The position numbers were made by a program, and so were the translations under genes. From the NCBI GenBank assembly GCA_963845565.1, contig CAWJSJ010000004.1:129298-193297 (forward strand): a stretch of 64,000 bases of DNA, in the 5' to 3' direction. Source of the stretch: an uncultured Methylomirabilota bacterium (GTDB lineage Bacteria; Methylomirabilota; Methylomirabilia; Methylomirabilales; 2-02-FULL-66-22). Below the pieces are notes generated by a model. It did no database searches, was not told the origin of the DNA, and saw nothing but the letters and a program-made list of their open reading frames with translations. This document shows, piece by piece, positions 19,057 through 29,623 of the stretch; within the stretch, counting starts at the first letter, position 1; the number at the start of each line of letters is the position of its first letter.

Positions 19057-19512
19057 AGGCGGCTTCGAGTCGGGGGCTGAGATCCGTGGAGGAGCGTCGT
19101 CGGGGAGTGTGGGGTGGAAATGGTGATGGAGTTGGATGGCGATCTGGGCGAGCGCCTTGAAGAGACCGTCGCAGTATCGCTCGTCGTCGAAGTGGCGCTG
19201 GAGCTCGGAGTTCACCTGGGTCCAGAACGCCTGCGGTGCCACCCGCCGGATCTCCTCGCCCCCGACGACGGCGAACCGGCGCGTGGCCGTGTTGGCATAC
19301 ACCAGAACCGCCCGCGGCCGCGCCGCCGCCGGCATATCCCAGGTTTCGAAGAGAGAAACGGCGCGGGCCTCGGGTTCCCCCGAGGCCCGCGCGTCGATGA
19401 TCAAGCCGATCGGTTCCCCGGCATGGCGGCAGGCATGGGCCAAGCCGTCCTGGAGTTGCGCCCGCTCGGCGTCCGTCAGGAACGGGCGTCGGAAGGCACG
19501 CAGGAACTCCAT
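19051..19512 (-). CDS. TPM (TLP18.3/Psb32/MOLO-1) domain protein
   Basis: 153 aa; layout FLTDAERAQL...IGLIID...AVLVYANTATRRFAVVGG...DGLFKAL fits the TPM phosphatase fold family. Confidence 0.6.
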   Translation of the reverse strand: MEFLRAFRRPFLTDAERAQLQDGLAHACRHAGEPIGLIIDARASGEPEARAVSLFETWDMPAAARPRAVLVYANTATRRFAVVGGEEIRRVAPQAFWTQVNSELQRHFDDERYCDGLFKALAQIAIQLHHHFHPTLPDDAPPRISAPDSKPPF

Positions 19513-19519
19513 GTCGACC

Positions 19520-20887
19520 CTACGCCCGCGCGGGAAGCACCGCCGTGATGGCGCCGCGGGTCGCCTCGACCAGCCGGTCCACCTGGGCGGCGGTGATCAC
19601 CAGGGGCGGCGCGAAGCACAGGATGTCGCGGACGTTCCGGGTGAAGACGCCGCGCGTTTCGAGTTCCGCCTTCACCTTGCCGACGATCTTCTTGGCCGGA
19701 TCAAAGGCGGCCTTGGTTCCGCGATCCGCCACCAATTCCACGGCCACCATCAGACCCAGGCCGCGCACTTCGCCGACCGCCTGCAGATCCGTCAGCGTCC
19801 GCATCCCGGCCAGGAGCCGCGCCCCCATCTTGGCGGCGTTATCCACCAGCCCTTCCTTCTCGATCAGTTCCAGGTTCCGGAGCCCGACCGCGCAGCAGGT
19901 GGCATGGCCGGAGTAGGTATAGGCATGCATCCAGCGATCCCCATAGGGGGCGGCCAGCATGACGTCGAGCACCGATCGGGAAACCATGATGCCGCCGAGC
20001 GGGAGGTAGCCGCTGGTGATCCCTTTGGCGAAGGCGAGGATGTCCGGTTGCACGTTCCAGCGCGTGAGGGCGAACCAGTCGCCGGTCCGGCCAAAGCCGG
20101 TGATCACCTCGTCGGCGATAAAGAGGACATCGTACTTGGTGCAGATCTGCCGGACCAGCGGGAAGTAGTCGTCCGGCGGCACGATGATGCCGCCCGCGCC
20201 CTGCACCGGCTCGGCGATGAAGGCGGCGACGGTCTCCGGGCCCTCCTTCAGGATCGTCTCCTCCAGCATCCGGGCCGCAGCCTGGCCGACCGTCTCGCCG
20301 GGCTTCGCCCCCTCGAACCGATACCCGTACGGGGTGGCGGTGTGGATGAAATTCGGGACCCGCGGCCCGAACATCCTGTCGTAGCCCGGGACGGCAGTGG
20401 CGCTCATGGCCGCCAGCGTGAGCCCGTGATATCCCATCTGGCGGGAGATCACCTTCACCTTGTCGGGCTTCCCCTTGACCTTCCAATAGAACCGGGCCGT
20501 CTTGAAGGCGCTTTCGTTCGATTCCGCCCCTCCACTGGTGAAGTACACAGCGGCGAGATTCGGGTAGGCGATCTCGGTCATCCGGTGCGCCAACCGAATG
20601 GCGGGGACGTTGGAGGAGCCGACGTAATTGGTGGAATACGCGAGGGTCGCCATCTGTTCGGCGGCGGCCTCGGCCAATTCGCGGCGTCCGTGACCCACAT
20701 TGACATTCCAGAGACAGGAGAGACCGTCCAGATACTCACGCCCCTCGGCGTCCGTCAGGACCGCCCCCTGACCCTTCACCCATACGTGCGGCTTCGCGTG
20801 GTCGTCGTGGTGATACAGGGGATGGAGCAGGTGATCGCGATCGTCCGAGAGTAGGGTGGAAACGTCCCAGTGTGCCATGCGCATCAT
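19520..20887 (-). CDS. Class III PLP-dependent aminotransferase (omega-transaminase-like)
   Basis: 455 aa; FIADEVITGFGRTGDWFA, ITSGYLPLGG. Confidence 0.9.
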   Translation of the reverse strand: MMRMAHWDVSTLLSDDRDHLLHPLYHHDDHAKPHVWVKGQGAVLTDAEGREYLDGLSCLWNVNVGHGRRELAEAAAEQMATLAYSTNYVGSSNVPAIRLAHRMTEIAYPNLAAVYFTSGGAESNESAFKTARFYWKVKGKPDKVKVISRQMGYHGLTLAAMSATAVPGYDRMFGPRVPNFIHTATPYGYRFEGAKPGETVGQAAARMLEETILKEGPETVAAFIAEPVQGAGGIIVPPDDYFPLVRQICTKYDVLFIADEVITGFGRTGDWFALTRWNVQPDILAFAKGITSGYLPLGGIMVSRSVLDVMLAAPYGDRWMHAYTYSGHATCCAVGLRNLELIEKEGLVDNAAKMGARLLAGMRTLTDLQAVGEVRGLGLMVAVELVADRGTKAAFDPAKKIVGKVKAELETRGVFTRNVRDILCFAPPLVITAAQVDRLVEATRGAITAVLPARA

Positions 20888-21090
20888 CCTCCTACGGTGA
20901 AATGAGAGAGCGAGAGAGATTAGAGGACCGACGGGCGCCTCGCTACCGGTGAGATACTAGCGCGAGCCCAGGTCGGATGTCCAGTCCAGGTGTCAGGTCG
21001 ACCTGGACTGGTCCGGCTTTCTGGGCTATAACATCGCGCGGGAGTCAAAGGCAGGCGCATCCGGACCGAACCCGCGCAAAGGAGTCATAC

Positions 21091-22663
21091 GTGGATATCC
21101 GTGTGAGCATCGGGGATGTAGCGACGTTCGCGGGCGATGGACTCGTCATCAATTTGTTCGAAGGCGTCGGCGCGTCGGGCACGACGGGCGGCCGCGGACG
21201 GTTGCGCCGCGGGACGCCGCTCGGTGGCGCGACGGCCGCGGTGGACGCCGCGCTGGGTGGGGCGATCGCGCGGCTCATCCAGACGAGAGAGGCGACCGGC
21301 AAGTGGGGCGAGCAAGCGCTGATCCATACTCTGGGACGGCTCCGGGCAGAGCGGGTCCTGGTGGTGGGCCTGGGTAAGGCCGAGGAATTGACGCTGGACC
21401 GGATCCGCGCCGCGGCGGGCGAAGCCGCCCGCGCACTTCGAAAGGCCGGCGCCCGCCGCATCGGCAGTATCGTCCACGGCGCAGGCGTCGGAGGATTCAA
21501 TATCGCTCAGGCGACGCAGGCGGTGGTCGAGGGCACGCTGCTCGGTCTCTACCGTTTCACGCGCTACCGGACGACCAACGACGCCGGCAAGGCGATCGAG
21601 CGCGTCACCTTGGTCGAACGAGACCGTCAACACCTCAAGGCCATGACCGACGCGGTACGCCGCGGCCGGATTCTGGCAGAGGCCGCCAACGCCGCCCGCG
21701 ACCTGGTGAACGAACCCGGCAACACCCTCACCCCGACCGAGCTGGCCCGCCGCGCGCGGGCGATGGCTCGAGCCGCCCGCGTTCGCTGTGAAGTCCTCGG
21801 CCCGCGGGAACTCGCCCGACTCGGCGCCGGCGGACTCCTCGGGGTGGCCCGCGGCAGCCAGGAGCCCCCACGCCTGATCGTGCTGACCCATGACGGCCGC
21901 CGCAGCGGCCCCCACCTCGGTCTGGTCGGGAAGGGGGTGACGTTCGACTCGGGCGGCATCTCCATCAAGCCGGCGGAGAACATGGAGGCCATGAAGGGCG
22001 ACATGGCCGGCGCGGCCGCGGCCATCGCCGCCATCTGCGCGATTGCGCGTTTGAACCTGCCCCTGCGGGTCACGGCCGTCATCCCGGCGACGGAGAATCT
22101 TCCCGAGCGGTTCGGCGCTCAAGCCCGGGGATATCCTGCGGGCGATGAGCGGAAAGACGATCGAGGTCATCAACACGGATGCCGAGGGTCGTCTGATCCT
22201 GGCCGACGCCCTGGCGTACGCGCGCAAGCGCGAGGTGACGCATCTGGTGGATGCGGCAACCTTGACCGGAGCCTGCGTGGTAGCGCTGGGGACGATCAAC
22301 AGCGGCGCCTTCACCAACAATCAGTCCTGGCTGGACACGGTGCTGGCGGCCGGCCGGGCGGCGGGGGAGCGGATCTGGCCCATGCCGATGGATGCCGAAT
22401 ATGACGAGCTGATCAAGAGCGACATCGCCGAGATCAAGAACACCGGCGGGCGGAAGGGGGGCGCCGTCACGGCCGCCAAGTTCCTGCAGCATTTCGTGGG
22501 AGAGACGCCGTGGGTCCACCTGGACATCGCGGGGACCTCGGAGGCGGACAAGGAGAAGGGGTACCAGCCCAAGGGCGCCACCGGAGTCATGGCGCGCACC
22601 TTCGCCATGCTGGCGATGGAGATGGTGGGGAAGAAGGAAAGAAAAGACGCCGTCAGCGATTAG
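21091..22663 (+). CDS. pepA: Leucyl aminopeptidase (M17); reading frame broken as written at ~22102-22105
   Basis: GTG 21091 after AAAGGAG. VGKGVTFDSGGISIKP and ATENLP are in one frame; PSGSALKPGDILRAMSGKTIEVINTDAEGRL continues in the +1 frame. An extra C in CTTCCCGAG explains the break. Confidence 0.85.
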
Positions 22664-22761
22664 CTTTCAGCGGTCAGCCTTCGGAGGAAACCGCCTCGCC
22701 CTGGAGTTGAGCGCTGAACGCTTAAAGCTGACTGCTGATCGCTGATCGCTGATCGCTACAC
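22650..22761. repeat. Heptanucleotide-periodic tandem array (16 units) filling a convergent spacer
   Basis: CCGTCAG CGATTAG CTTTCAG CGGTCAG CCTTCGG AGGAAAC CGCCTCG CCCTGGA GTTGAGC GCTGAAC GCTTAAA GCTGACT GCTGATC x3 GCTACAC; both flanking stop codons lie inside it. Confidence 0.8.
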
Positions 22762-22983
22762 CACCACACAGGTGATGGTCCGGCCCACGCCGTCCACGGC
22801 CTGGATCCTGGCCATCACCAGCTTGCCGATGGCGGCCGGGTCCGTGCCTTCTACCAGAGCGATGATGTCGTACGGTCCCGTGACCAGGTGGGCCGAGGCC
22901 ACCCCAGCGAGCTTCGCGATCTTCCCGCACGCGGCGCGAGCCTTCTTGGGGGCCGCCTCGATCAACACATACGCGCTGGCCAT
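22756..22983 (-). CDS. Stand-alone Lrp/AsnC ligand-binding (RAM) domain protein
   Basis: MASAYVLIEA...VTGPYDIIALVEG; GGAGGG RBS before ATG 22983. Confidence 0.75.
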   Translation of the reverse strand: MASAYVLIEAAPKKARAACGKIAKLAGVASAHLVTGPYDIIALVEGTDPAAIGKLVMARIQAVDGVGRTITCVVV

Positions 22984-23074
22984 GGTTTTCCCTCCTTGCA
23001 CGCGGACCATCCCGCCGCCACGACGACCTGTGCGCCTACCTTACGCGTCTCGGTCCGCCGCGGCAAGCGGATAA

Positions 23075-23818
23075 TCATTCCGCGGTCGGCGCGCTCACAC
23101 GATGCCAGGCGGCTTCCAGGGGTGCCGCAATCTCCGGCGGCACCAGGCCGGCGACCGGTTCACCCCGGGCCAGCCGCGCGCGAACAGCGGTCGCCGAGAC
23201 CGCCGCGAGATCGGCGGAGAGTCGGATCACGCGAATACGATCCGCGAAGGGTGCGACGTCGGCCCGAGCCAGGAAGGCAGCGATCGCCTCCAGCGGCTCC
23301 GGTGCGCGGTTGGCAACCACGCACTCGCTCCTCTCGAAGAGCCGCGAGAGCGAGGCCGCCGGGTCGGTGTAATATTTTGGCTCGAACAGCCGGACGAGGG
23401 TGTCGAATCCCAGCAGAAACACCGGCCGCGTGCCCGCAGGATAGGCGGTGCGAATGGCCTCCAGTTTGTCGACGAAACGGCCGTGACCGACCGCCGCCAC
23501 GGAGACCGTGGGGCGGGATTCGGCAAAGCGGCGCAGGAGATCCAGGCGCACGGCCAGGGGCACGCCGGTGATCGCCTTGTCCACGTTGGCGACCGCCAGG
23601 AGGAGCAAGACCTCCCCGGGCGGACTCAGCCGGCTTGCCTCTCCGATGAGGGCGGCGTGCGCTGTCGTCATTGGATTGAACGAGGCGGACAGACAGAGGA
23701 GCGTGCCCCCGTCCCCGCCGAGCCCTGCCGGCGCGCGACGCACATACGCCAGGCGCGCGGGGCCGGAGGGTGCAAGTTCCGCCAGGATGGCGGACACTGG
23801 CCGCATATTCGGCTCCAT
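23075..23818 (-). CDS. Cytidylyltransferase-fold nucleotidyltransferase (NadD/NMNAT-like)
   Basis: SFNPMTTAH (H/TxGH-type motif) and VSATAVR (ISSTxxR-type motif). Confidence 0.65.
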   Translation of the reverse strand: MEPNMRPVSAILAELAPSGPARLAYVRRAPAGLGGDGGTLLCLSASFNPMTTAHAALIGEASRLSPPGEVLLLLAVANVDKAITGVPLAVRLDLLRRFAESRPTVSVAAVGHGRFVDKLEAIRTAYPAGTRPVFLLGFDTLVRLFEPKYYTDPAASLSRLFERSECVVANRAPEPLEAIAAFLARADVAPFADRIRVIRLSADLAAVSATAVRARLARGEPVAGLVPPEIAAPLEAAWHRVSAPTAE

Positions 23819-24058
23819 CGGGCGTCCCTTCCGCGTGAGGTTCCGGTCCATCGCCAAGGAAAAGAGCATATCGGTGTACCGCCGGACCGGTCAAGAGCTC
23901 TTCCCGACCCGGGGTGGGCCGTGGGAGACGAGGTGCGACACGGCGGGGCCCGCATCTCCAGTTCCGACGCGGGGTTGCCGACACTGACAGGGGATTTTCA
24001 CCTTGACAAATATCCCTCGTACGGGTAGTTTCCCAGTTTACGTTTTGCGGGGGAATCC

Positions 24059-25400
24059 ATGTTCCAGGGGCTCAGCGACCGGCTGAACGACATCTTCAAG
24101 CGGCTGCGTGGCTTCGGCCGCCTCAGCGAGGACAACATCGCGGAGGCGTTGCGCGAGGTGCGTCTGGCCCTGCTCGAAGCGGACGTCAACGTCAAGGTCG
24201 TTCGCTCGTTCCTCGAGCGCGTCCGTGAGCGCGCCGTGGGGCGTGACGTTCTCGAATCGCTCACGCCGGGCCAGCAGGTGGTCAAGGTGGTCTATGAGGA
24301 GCTGGCGGCCCTCATGGGCGGCACGGCCAACCGCCTGCGGACCGCCGGGCAGCCACCCACCGTGCTCATGCTGGTCGGTCTGCAGGGGTCGGGAAAAACC
24401 ACCACGGCCGGGAAGCTGGCTCGGCTCCTCCGGGGCCAGGGTCAGCGGCCGCTCCTGGTGGCGGCCGACCTCCAGCGGCCGGCGGCGCAGGACCAATTGG
24501 TGACCTTGGGCGGGATGGTGGAGGTCGAGGTCTACCGTGCCGCGGGCGCCACGTCCCCCGTCGCCGTGTGCCGCGAGGCCCTGAGCCACGCCAAGGCCCG
24601 CATGCTGGATCCGGTCATCCTGGACACCGCCGGCCGCCTGCACGTGGACGAGCCGTTGATGGAGGAGCTTGCGGGCCATCAAGGCCGAACTCAAGCCGAC
24701 CGAGATTCTCATGGTGGCGGACGCCATGACCGGCCAGGATGCGGTCAACTCCGCGGCGGCCTTTCATCAGGCACTGGAGCTGACCGGCTACATCCTGACC
24801 AAGCTGGACGGCGACACGCGGGGCGGTGCGGCCCTGTCCATCCGGTCGGTCACCGGGGCGCCGATCAAGTTCGTCGGGCTGGGCGAGAAACTCGACGCCC
24901 TGGAGGTCTTTCACCCCGAGCGCATGGCCTCGCGCATCCTGGGGATGGGCGATGTGCTGAGTCTGGTGGAAAAGGCCGAGCAAGCCGTCGACCAGAAACA
25001 GGCGGCCGTCCTCCAGAAGAAGCTCAAGGCGCAGACCTTCACCCTGGAGGACTTTCGGGATCAGCTTCGGCAGGTCCGGGGCATGGGGCCGCTCGATCAG
25101 TTGATCGGGATGATCCCCGGCCTGTCGCGCGTCAAGGGATTGCCCGACTCTGCCCAGCAAGAGAAAGAGTTGAAGCGCGTGGAGGCCATCATCGACTCCA
25201 TGACGCCCGGCGAGCGGCGTCGCCCGGAGGTCCTGAACGGCTCCCGGCGAAAGCGGATCGCGGACGGGTCCGGCACCAGCGTGACCGACGTCAACCGGCT
25301 TCTGAAACAGTTTGGCGAGATGCAGAAGATGATGCGGCAGCTCATGCAGGCCGGCAAGGGCGGGCGCATGCCGCGGCATCTGCCGTTTTCGGTCCATTAA
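24059..25400 (+). CDS. ffh: Signal recognition particle protein Ffh; reading frame broken as written at ~24671
   Basis: N and G domains (GLQGSGKTTT, DTAGRLH). ...DEPLMEEL continues as RAIKAELKPTEILMVADAMTGQD in the next frame; an extra G in CTTGCGGGCC explains the break. The M-domain is intact downstream. Confidence 0.9.
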
Positions 25401-25460
25401 CCCCGGTTTGACCGGCAGGACCGCCGCGCCCGCGGCGGTCCGGATTTCCTGGGAGGCTGT

Positions 25461-25745
25461 ATGGCTGTCAAGATTCGATTGCGGCGTATGGGAACGAAGA
25501 AGGTTCCATTCTACCGGGTGGTGGTGGCGGACGAGCGCGCCGCACGGGACGGACGGTTTCTGGAGAGCTTGGGCACATACGATCCCGTCAGTCAACCGAT
25601 CGGGCTGAAGCTCGATGCCGACAAGGCCCTGCGCTGGCTGCAGAAGGGCGCTCAGCCGACCGACACGGTTCGGTCGCTCCTGCGGACGGTGGGGGTCATG
25701 CGGCGGTACGCCGAGAGCCGAGTCAAGGCTCCAGCCGCCTCCTAG
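25461..25745 (+). CDS. rpsP: 30S ribosomal protein S16
   Basis: [24 protein letters not shown]. Confidence 0.95.
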   Translation: MAVKIRLRRMGTKKVPFYRVVVADERAARDGRFLESLGTYDPVSQPIGLKLDADKALRWLQKGAQPTDTVRSLLRTVGVMRRYAESRVKAPAAS

Positions 25746-25797
25746 CGGAGGCGTTCGCGCTCGGCTCGCCGGCGGCTCTGCGAAGGGTGGGGCATGG

Positions 25798-26046
25798 ATG
25801 GAGGGGACACCCGTGTTCAAAGAGCTGGTGGAGTACGTGGCGAAGGCGCTGGTGGACCAGCCGGACCAGGTGCACGTCGAGGCGGTGGAGGATTCGACCA
25901 CCACGACGCTCAGATTGCGCGTGGCCCCCGGGGACCTCGGGCGAGTGATCGGCAAGCAAGGGCGAACGGCCCGGGCGATCCGGACGCTGCTCCACGCCAC
26001 GGCGGCCCGAGCCAAGCGGCGGGTGGTGCTGGAAATCCAGGAGTGA
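25798..26046 (+). CDS. KH-domain RNA-binding protein (UPF0109/YlqC)
   Basis: LVEYVAKALVDQPDQVHV...GRVIGKQGRTARAIRTLL; conserved position between rpsP and rimM. Confidence 0.85.
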   Translation: MEGTPVFKELVEYVAKALVDQPDQVHVEAVEDSTTTTLRLRVAPGDLGRVIGKQGRTARAIRTLLHATAARAKRRVVLEIQE

Positions 26047-26050
26047 GGCA

Positions 26051-26608
26051 ATGGGGCGGCCGGACTTCCTGATCCTCGGGCGGATCACCAAGGCGCACGG
26101 GATCCGGGGCGAGGCGAAGGTGGCCCTGTACGCCGACGACTGGGCGCCTTTCCGTGGGTTTTCCCGGTGCTGGGTGGGCCCTCGGGGCGGCCCATTCCAG
26201 CCGGTCGAGATCGAGGCCGGAAGCGCGCACGGTCGGACGGTGACGCTGAAGCTGGTGGGGGTCGACACGCCGGAGGCTGTGGCGCCGCTGGTGGGACATG
26301 AAGTGGCCATCCCGCGGACCGATGCGCCTCCGCCGCCGGACGGCTCCTTCTATCACTACGACATCCTCGGGCTCGAGGTGGTGTCGGGTGACCGCTCGCT
26401 CGGGAGCGTGCGCGAGATCGTGGAAACGCCGGCCCACGATGTGTACGTGATCCAACGGGACGGCGGCGAATGGCTGTTGCCGGCGACGCGCGTGTGTATC
26501 CGCCGCATCGACCTTGCCGCCGGACGGATCGAATTGCACCCGTCCGCGGACGTGGCCGGGCTTGGCGGCGGCGACCAGAAAGAGGAGAGGGGTTCTGAAT
26601 CGGTTTGA
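26051..26608 (+). CDS. rimM: 16S rRNA processing protein RimM
   Basis: LGRITKAHGIRGEAKV; PRC barrel C-terminus. Confidence 0.9.
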   Translation: MGRPDFLILGRITKAHGIRGEAKVALYADDWAPFRGFSRCWVGPRGGPFQPVEIEAGSAHGRTVTLKLVGVDTPEAVAPLVGHEVAIPRTDAPPPPDGSFYHYDILGLEVVSGDRSLGSVREIVETPAHDVYVIQRDGGEWLLPATRVCIRRIDLAAGRIELHPSADVAGLGGGDQKEERGSESV

Positions 26609-27362
26609 TGTTTTGACGTTGTTCCCCGCGATGTTCGACGGGCCGTTGCGGGAAAGCATCCTGAGTCGCGCCCAGGACAAGGGCCTCGCCGCGATTCACG
26701 TCCATGACCTCCGGGGCTGGACGCACGACCGGCACCGCGTGGTGGACGACGTTCCGTACGGGGGCGGGGCGGGCATGGTGCTCAAGCCCGAGCCGGTGTT
26801 TGAGGCCGTCGAGGCGTTGCGACAGGGACCGGCCAGCACCGTGGTGGCCTTGACCCCGCAAGGCATACCGTTCACCCAGCGGTTGGCCTCCGAGCTCGCG
26901 TGCCTCCCGCACCTGATCCTGCTGTGCGGGCGGTACGAGGGGTTCGATGACCGGATCCCCGAGGGCCTGCAGGCCTTGGAAATTTCGGTCGGCGACTACG
27001 TCCTCTCCGGGGGGGAGATCCCTGCGCTGGTCGTCTTGGATGCCACGGTCCGGCTGATCCCGGGGGTGCTGGGGGACGAGACCTCGGCCTTGACCGACTC
27101 TTTTGCCACGGGACTGCTGGAACACCCGCATTACACGCGGCCACCGACGTTCCGTGGGATGAGGGTGCCTCCGGTGCTGTTGTCGGGGGATCATCAGGCC
27201 ATCGCGCGCTGGCGGCGAAAGCAGGCGTTGCGGAGAACCCAGGAGCGGCGTCCGGACCTCCTCCGACAGACGAACCTGTCAGACGCAGATCGGGAACTCC
27301 TGGCCGAGGTCGAGGCAGAGGATGCGGGCATCTCGAGGACAGGTCACGGCGTGACGAAATGA
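26514..27362 (+). CDS. trmD: tRNA (guanine37-N1)-methyltransferase TrmD
   Basis: RFDVLTLFPAMFDGPL...DDVPYGGGAGMV. No canonical start near the conserved N-terminus: TTG 26514 overlaps rimM by 95 nt, and CTG 26595 is the nearest alternative. Confidence 0.9.
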   Translation: MPPDGSNCTRPRTWPGLAAATRKRRGVLNRFDVLTLFPAMFDGPLRESILSRAQDKGLAAIHVHDLRGWTHDRHRVVDDVPYGGGAGMVLKPEPVFEAVEALRQGPASTVVALTPQGIPFTQRLASELACLPHLILLCGRYEGFDDRIPEGLQALEISVGDYVLSGGEIPALVVLDATVRLIPGVLGDETSALTDSFATGLLEHPHYTRPPTFRGMRVPPVLLSGDHQAIARWRRKQALRRTQERRPDLLRQTNLSDADRELLAEVEAEDAGISRTGHGVTK

Positions 27363-27475
27363 TCAGGCTCGGCTTCGAGACGGGTGCGGAGCGAGCCTGG
27401 ATGGTGGTCACCGTTTTGGGCGAGGCATCGGGCCGCGGCGATCGGCCGACGTGATAGCCTCCAGGGGGTACGCGC

Positions 27476-27823
27476 ATGCAAGCGATTCAGGCAGTCGAGG
27501 AGAAACACCTGAGGACGGACCACCCGCCATTCAAGCCTGGGGACACGGTCAAGGTCCAGGTGAAGGTCGTGGAAGGGGACAAGGAGCGGTTGCAGGCCTT
27601 CGAGGGGATCTGCATCCGGCGGCGCGGGGCCGGGCTCAGCGCCACCTTCACCGTCCGGAAGGTGACGTACGGGGTCGGGGTCGAGCGCACCTTTCCTCTG
27701 CACTCGCCCAGCATTGACCGGATCGAGGTCCTGCGGCAAGGGTTGGTGCGCCGGGCAAAGCTGTACTACCTCCGCAAGTTGAAGGGCAAGGCGGCGCGGA
27801 TCAAGGAACGGCGCACCCGCTAG
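27476..27823 (+). CDS. rplS: 50S ribosomal protein L19
   Basis: [31 protein letters not shown]. Confidence 0.95.
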   Translation: MQAIQAVEEKHLRTDHPPFKPGDTVKVQVKVVEGDKERLQAFEGICIRRRGAGLSATFTVRKVTYGVGVERTFPLHSPSIDRIEVLRQGLVRRAKLYYLRKLKGKAARIKERRTR

Positions 27824-27840
27824 CTCCGCCAATACTACGC

Positions 27841-28518
27841 ATGGCCGGACGCCGCGTGACCTCCTTCCTTTCTCGGCGCGCCTCCCTGCCGGTGCTGTCG
27901 GCGGCCTGGGAGGGCGCGGTGCCTGTCGGGAGTCGTCTGGCCGGGGTGGACGAGGCCGGCCGGGGCAGCCTGGCCGGTCCGGTGGTGGCCGCGGCGGTGA
28001 TCCTTCCGATGGAGGCCACGCTTCCCGGTCTGACGGACAGCAAACTGCTCTCGCCGTCGGTGCGTGTCCGCCTGGCGGAGATGATCCGGTCACAGGCTGT
28101 CGCCTGCGCGGTGGCCGCGGTGGAGGCGTCGCAGATCGACGCCACCAACATCCTGCGGGCGACCCTCGAGGCCATGGCGCGAGCGGTGCGTGATCTTGCC
28201 GTCCAGCCGGACCTGGTCCTGGTGGACGGGAATATGGTCCCACCCTTGGCGGTGCCGGCGCGGTGGGTCATCCGCGGGGATCAACTCGTGCCGGCCATCT
28301 CGGCCGCGTCCATCCTGGCGAAGGTCACCCGGGACGCCATCATGGACGAATGGGCGGTCCGGTTTCCCGCCTACGGTTTCGCCCAGCACAAAGGATACGG
28401 GACCGCCGCCCACCGTTCGCGCATCGCGGCCATCGGGCCGTGCTCCATTCATCGCAAGACGTTTGCCGGCGTGCGCGAGCACCTGGGCGGGGCGGGCGCG
28501 CAGGGGAGTCTGTGGTGA
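27841..28518 (+). CDS. rnhB: Ribonuclease HII
   Basis: [20 protein letters not shown]...DSKLL. Confidence 0.9.
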   Translation: MAGRRVTSFLSRRASLPVLSAAWEGAVPVGSRLAGVDEAGRGSLAGPVVAAAVILPMEATLPGLTDSKLLSPSVRVRLAEMIRSQAVACAVAAVEASQIDATNILRATLEAMARAVRDLAVQPDLVLVDGNMVPPLAVPARWVIRGDQLVPAISAASILAKVTRDAIMDEWAVRFPAYGFAQHKGYGTAAHRSRIAAIGPCSIHRKTFAGVREHLGGAGAQGSLW

Positions 28519-28901
28519 CGGAGGCTCGCCGCGCCCTGGGGAAGCTCGGGGAAGCCGCCGCGGCCGCGTATCTCCAGCGGAACGGCGTCCGGATCCTGGC
28601 GGCCAACTTCGCGTGCGCCGCCGGCGAGATCGATCTGATCGGGACGGAGCGCGAGGCGCTCCTGTTCATCGAGGTGAAGACTCGGACCTCGGAGGCGTTC
28701 GGGCCGCCGCACCTGGCCGTTCACCAGCGCAAGCAGCGGCAGATCGTGCGGGTGGCGCAGTGGTTCCTGGCCGAACGGCGGATGCCCGAGACGGCGTGCC
28801 GCTTCGACGTCGTGGCGGTGACCTTCCCGCCGGGCGACGGGACGCCCCGGATTCACTGGGTACGGGATGCGTTTCCGGCAGAAGGGGTACAGGTATGGTG
28901 A
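28512..28901 (+). CDS. yraN: YraN family (UPF0102) endonuclease-like protein
   Basis: GEIDLIGTEREALLFIEVKTR; GTG start overlapping the rnhB stop. Confidence 0.8.
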   Translation: MVTEARRALGKLGEAAAAAYLQRNGVRILAANFACAAGEIDLIGTEREALLFIEVKTRTSEAFGPPHLAVHQRKQRQIVRVAQWFLAERRMPETACRFDVVAVTFPPGDGTPRIHWVRDAFPAEGVQVW

Positions 28902-29386
28902 TGAATCCCAAGCCGGATCTGACGGTGGTGCCGGACATCCTGCGCACGGTTCCGTTCTTCCAGGAGCTGACCCAGGCGGAACTGGACCTGGTCATCGCCC
29001 TGGGGCACGTGGTTGCCTACCCCAAGGACATGGCGCTCTTCCAGGAAGGGGACAAGGGCGAGGCGCTCTATGTGGTCATCGAGGGCGCCGTGCGGATCAT
29101 GAAGAACGCGCCGGACGCCGGGGCGGAAGTCATGGCCTTCCTGGAGCGGGGAGGATGTTTCGGCGAGATGGCCCTGGTGGACGACTTTCCTCGGTCTGCC
29201 ACCGCCATCGCCCACGAGGAGTGCGTGGTCCTGTTCCTGGAGCGAGACGCCGTTCTGGACCTCTTCCGGGAGGCGCCCGTGGTCGGCCGGAAGATTCTCT
29301 GGGCTTTTTGCCGCAGCCTGTCGCTCCGGTTACGGGAAGCGGACGATCGGATTGCGGTGCTGTCCTCCTTTGGCCGTCCCGCCTGA
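28895..29386 (+). CDS. Cyclic-nucleotide-binding domain protein
   Basis: FQEGDKGEALYVVIEGAV...FGEMALVDDFPRSATAIA. Confidence 0.8.
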   Translation: MVMNPKPDLTVVPDILRTVPFFQELTQAELDLVIALGHVVAYPKDMALFQEGDKGEALYVVIEGAVRIMKNAPDAGAEVMAFLERGGCFGEMALVDDFPRSATAIAHEECVVLFLERDAVLDLFREAPVVGRKILWAFCRSLSLRLREADDRIAVLSSFGRPA

Positions 29387-29623
29387 CGCGGTCGGCCGGT
29401 GACGGCCGGGGGGCGACCGACCTCGCGGGTCGCAATACGGCTTGTCGGTGCACGGTGTTGTCATTCGGTCCGGATCCGTCACGAATCCGTCGTGATAAGC
29501 CGGGCGAGGGTCTCTGCTTGACGGCCTCCGGTGGCGCCCTGTGGTGTGGAGACATCCGAAATGCCCCTTGCCTCGCACGCACGCCGTGCCGCAGGCGAGC
29601 GGTGCGGCGGAGAGGAGTCCGAT

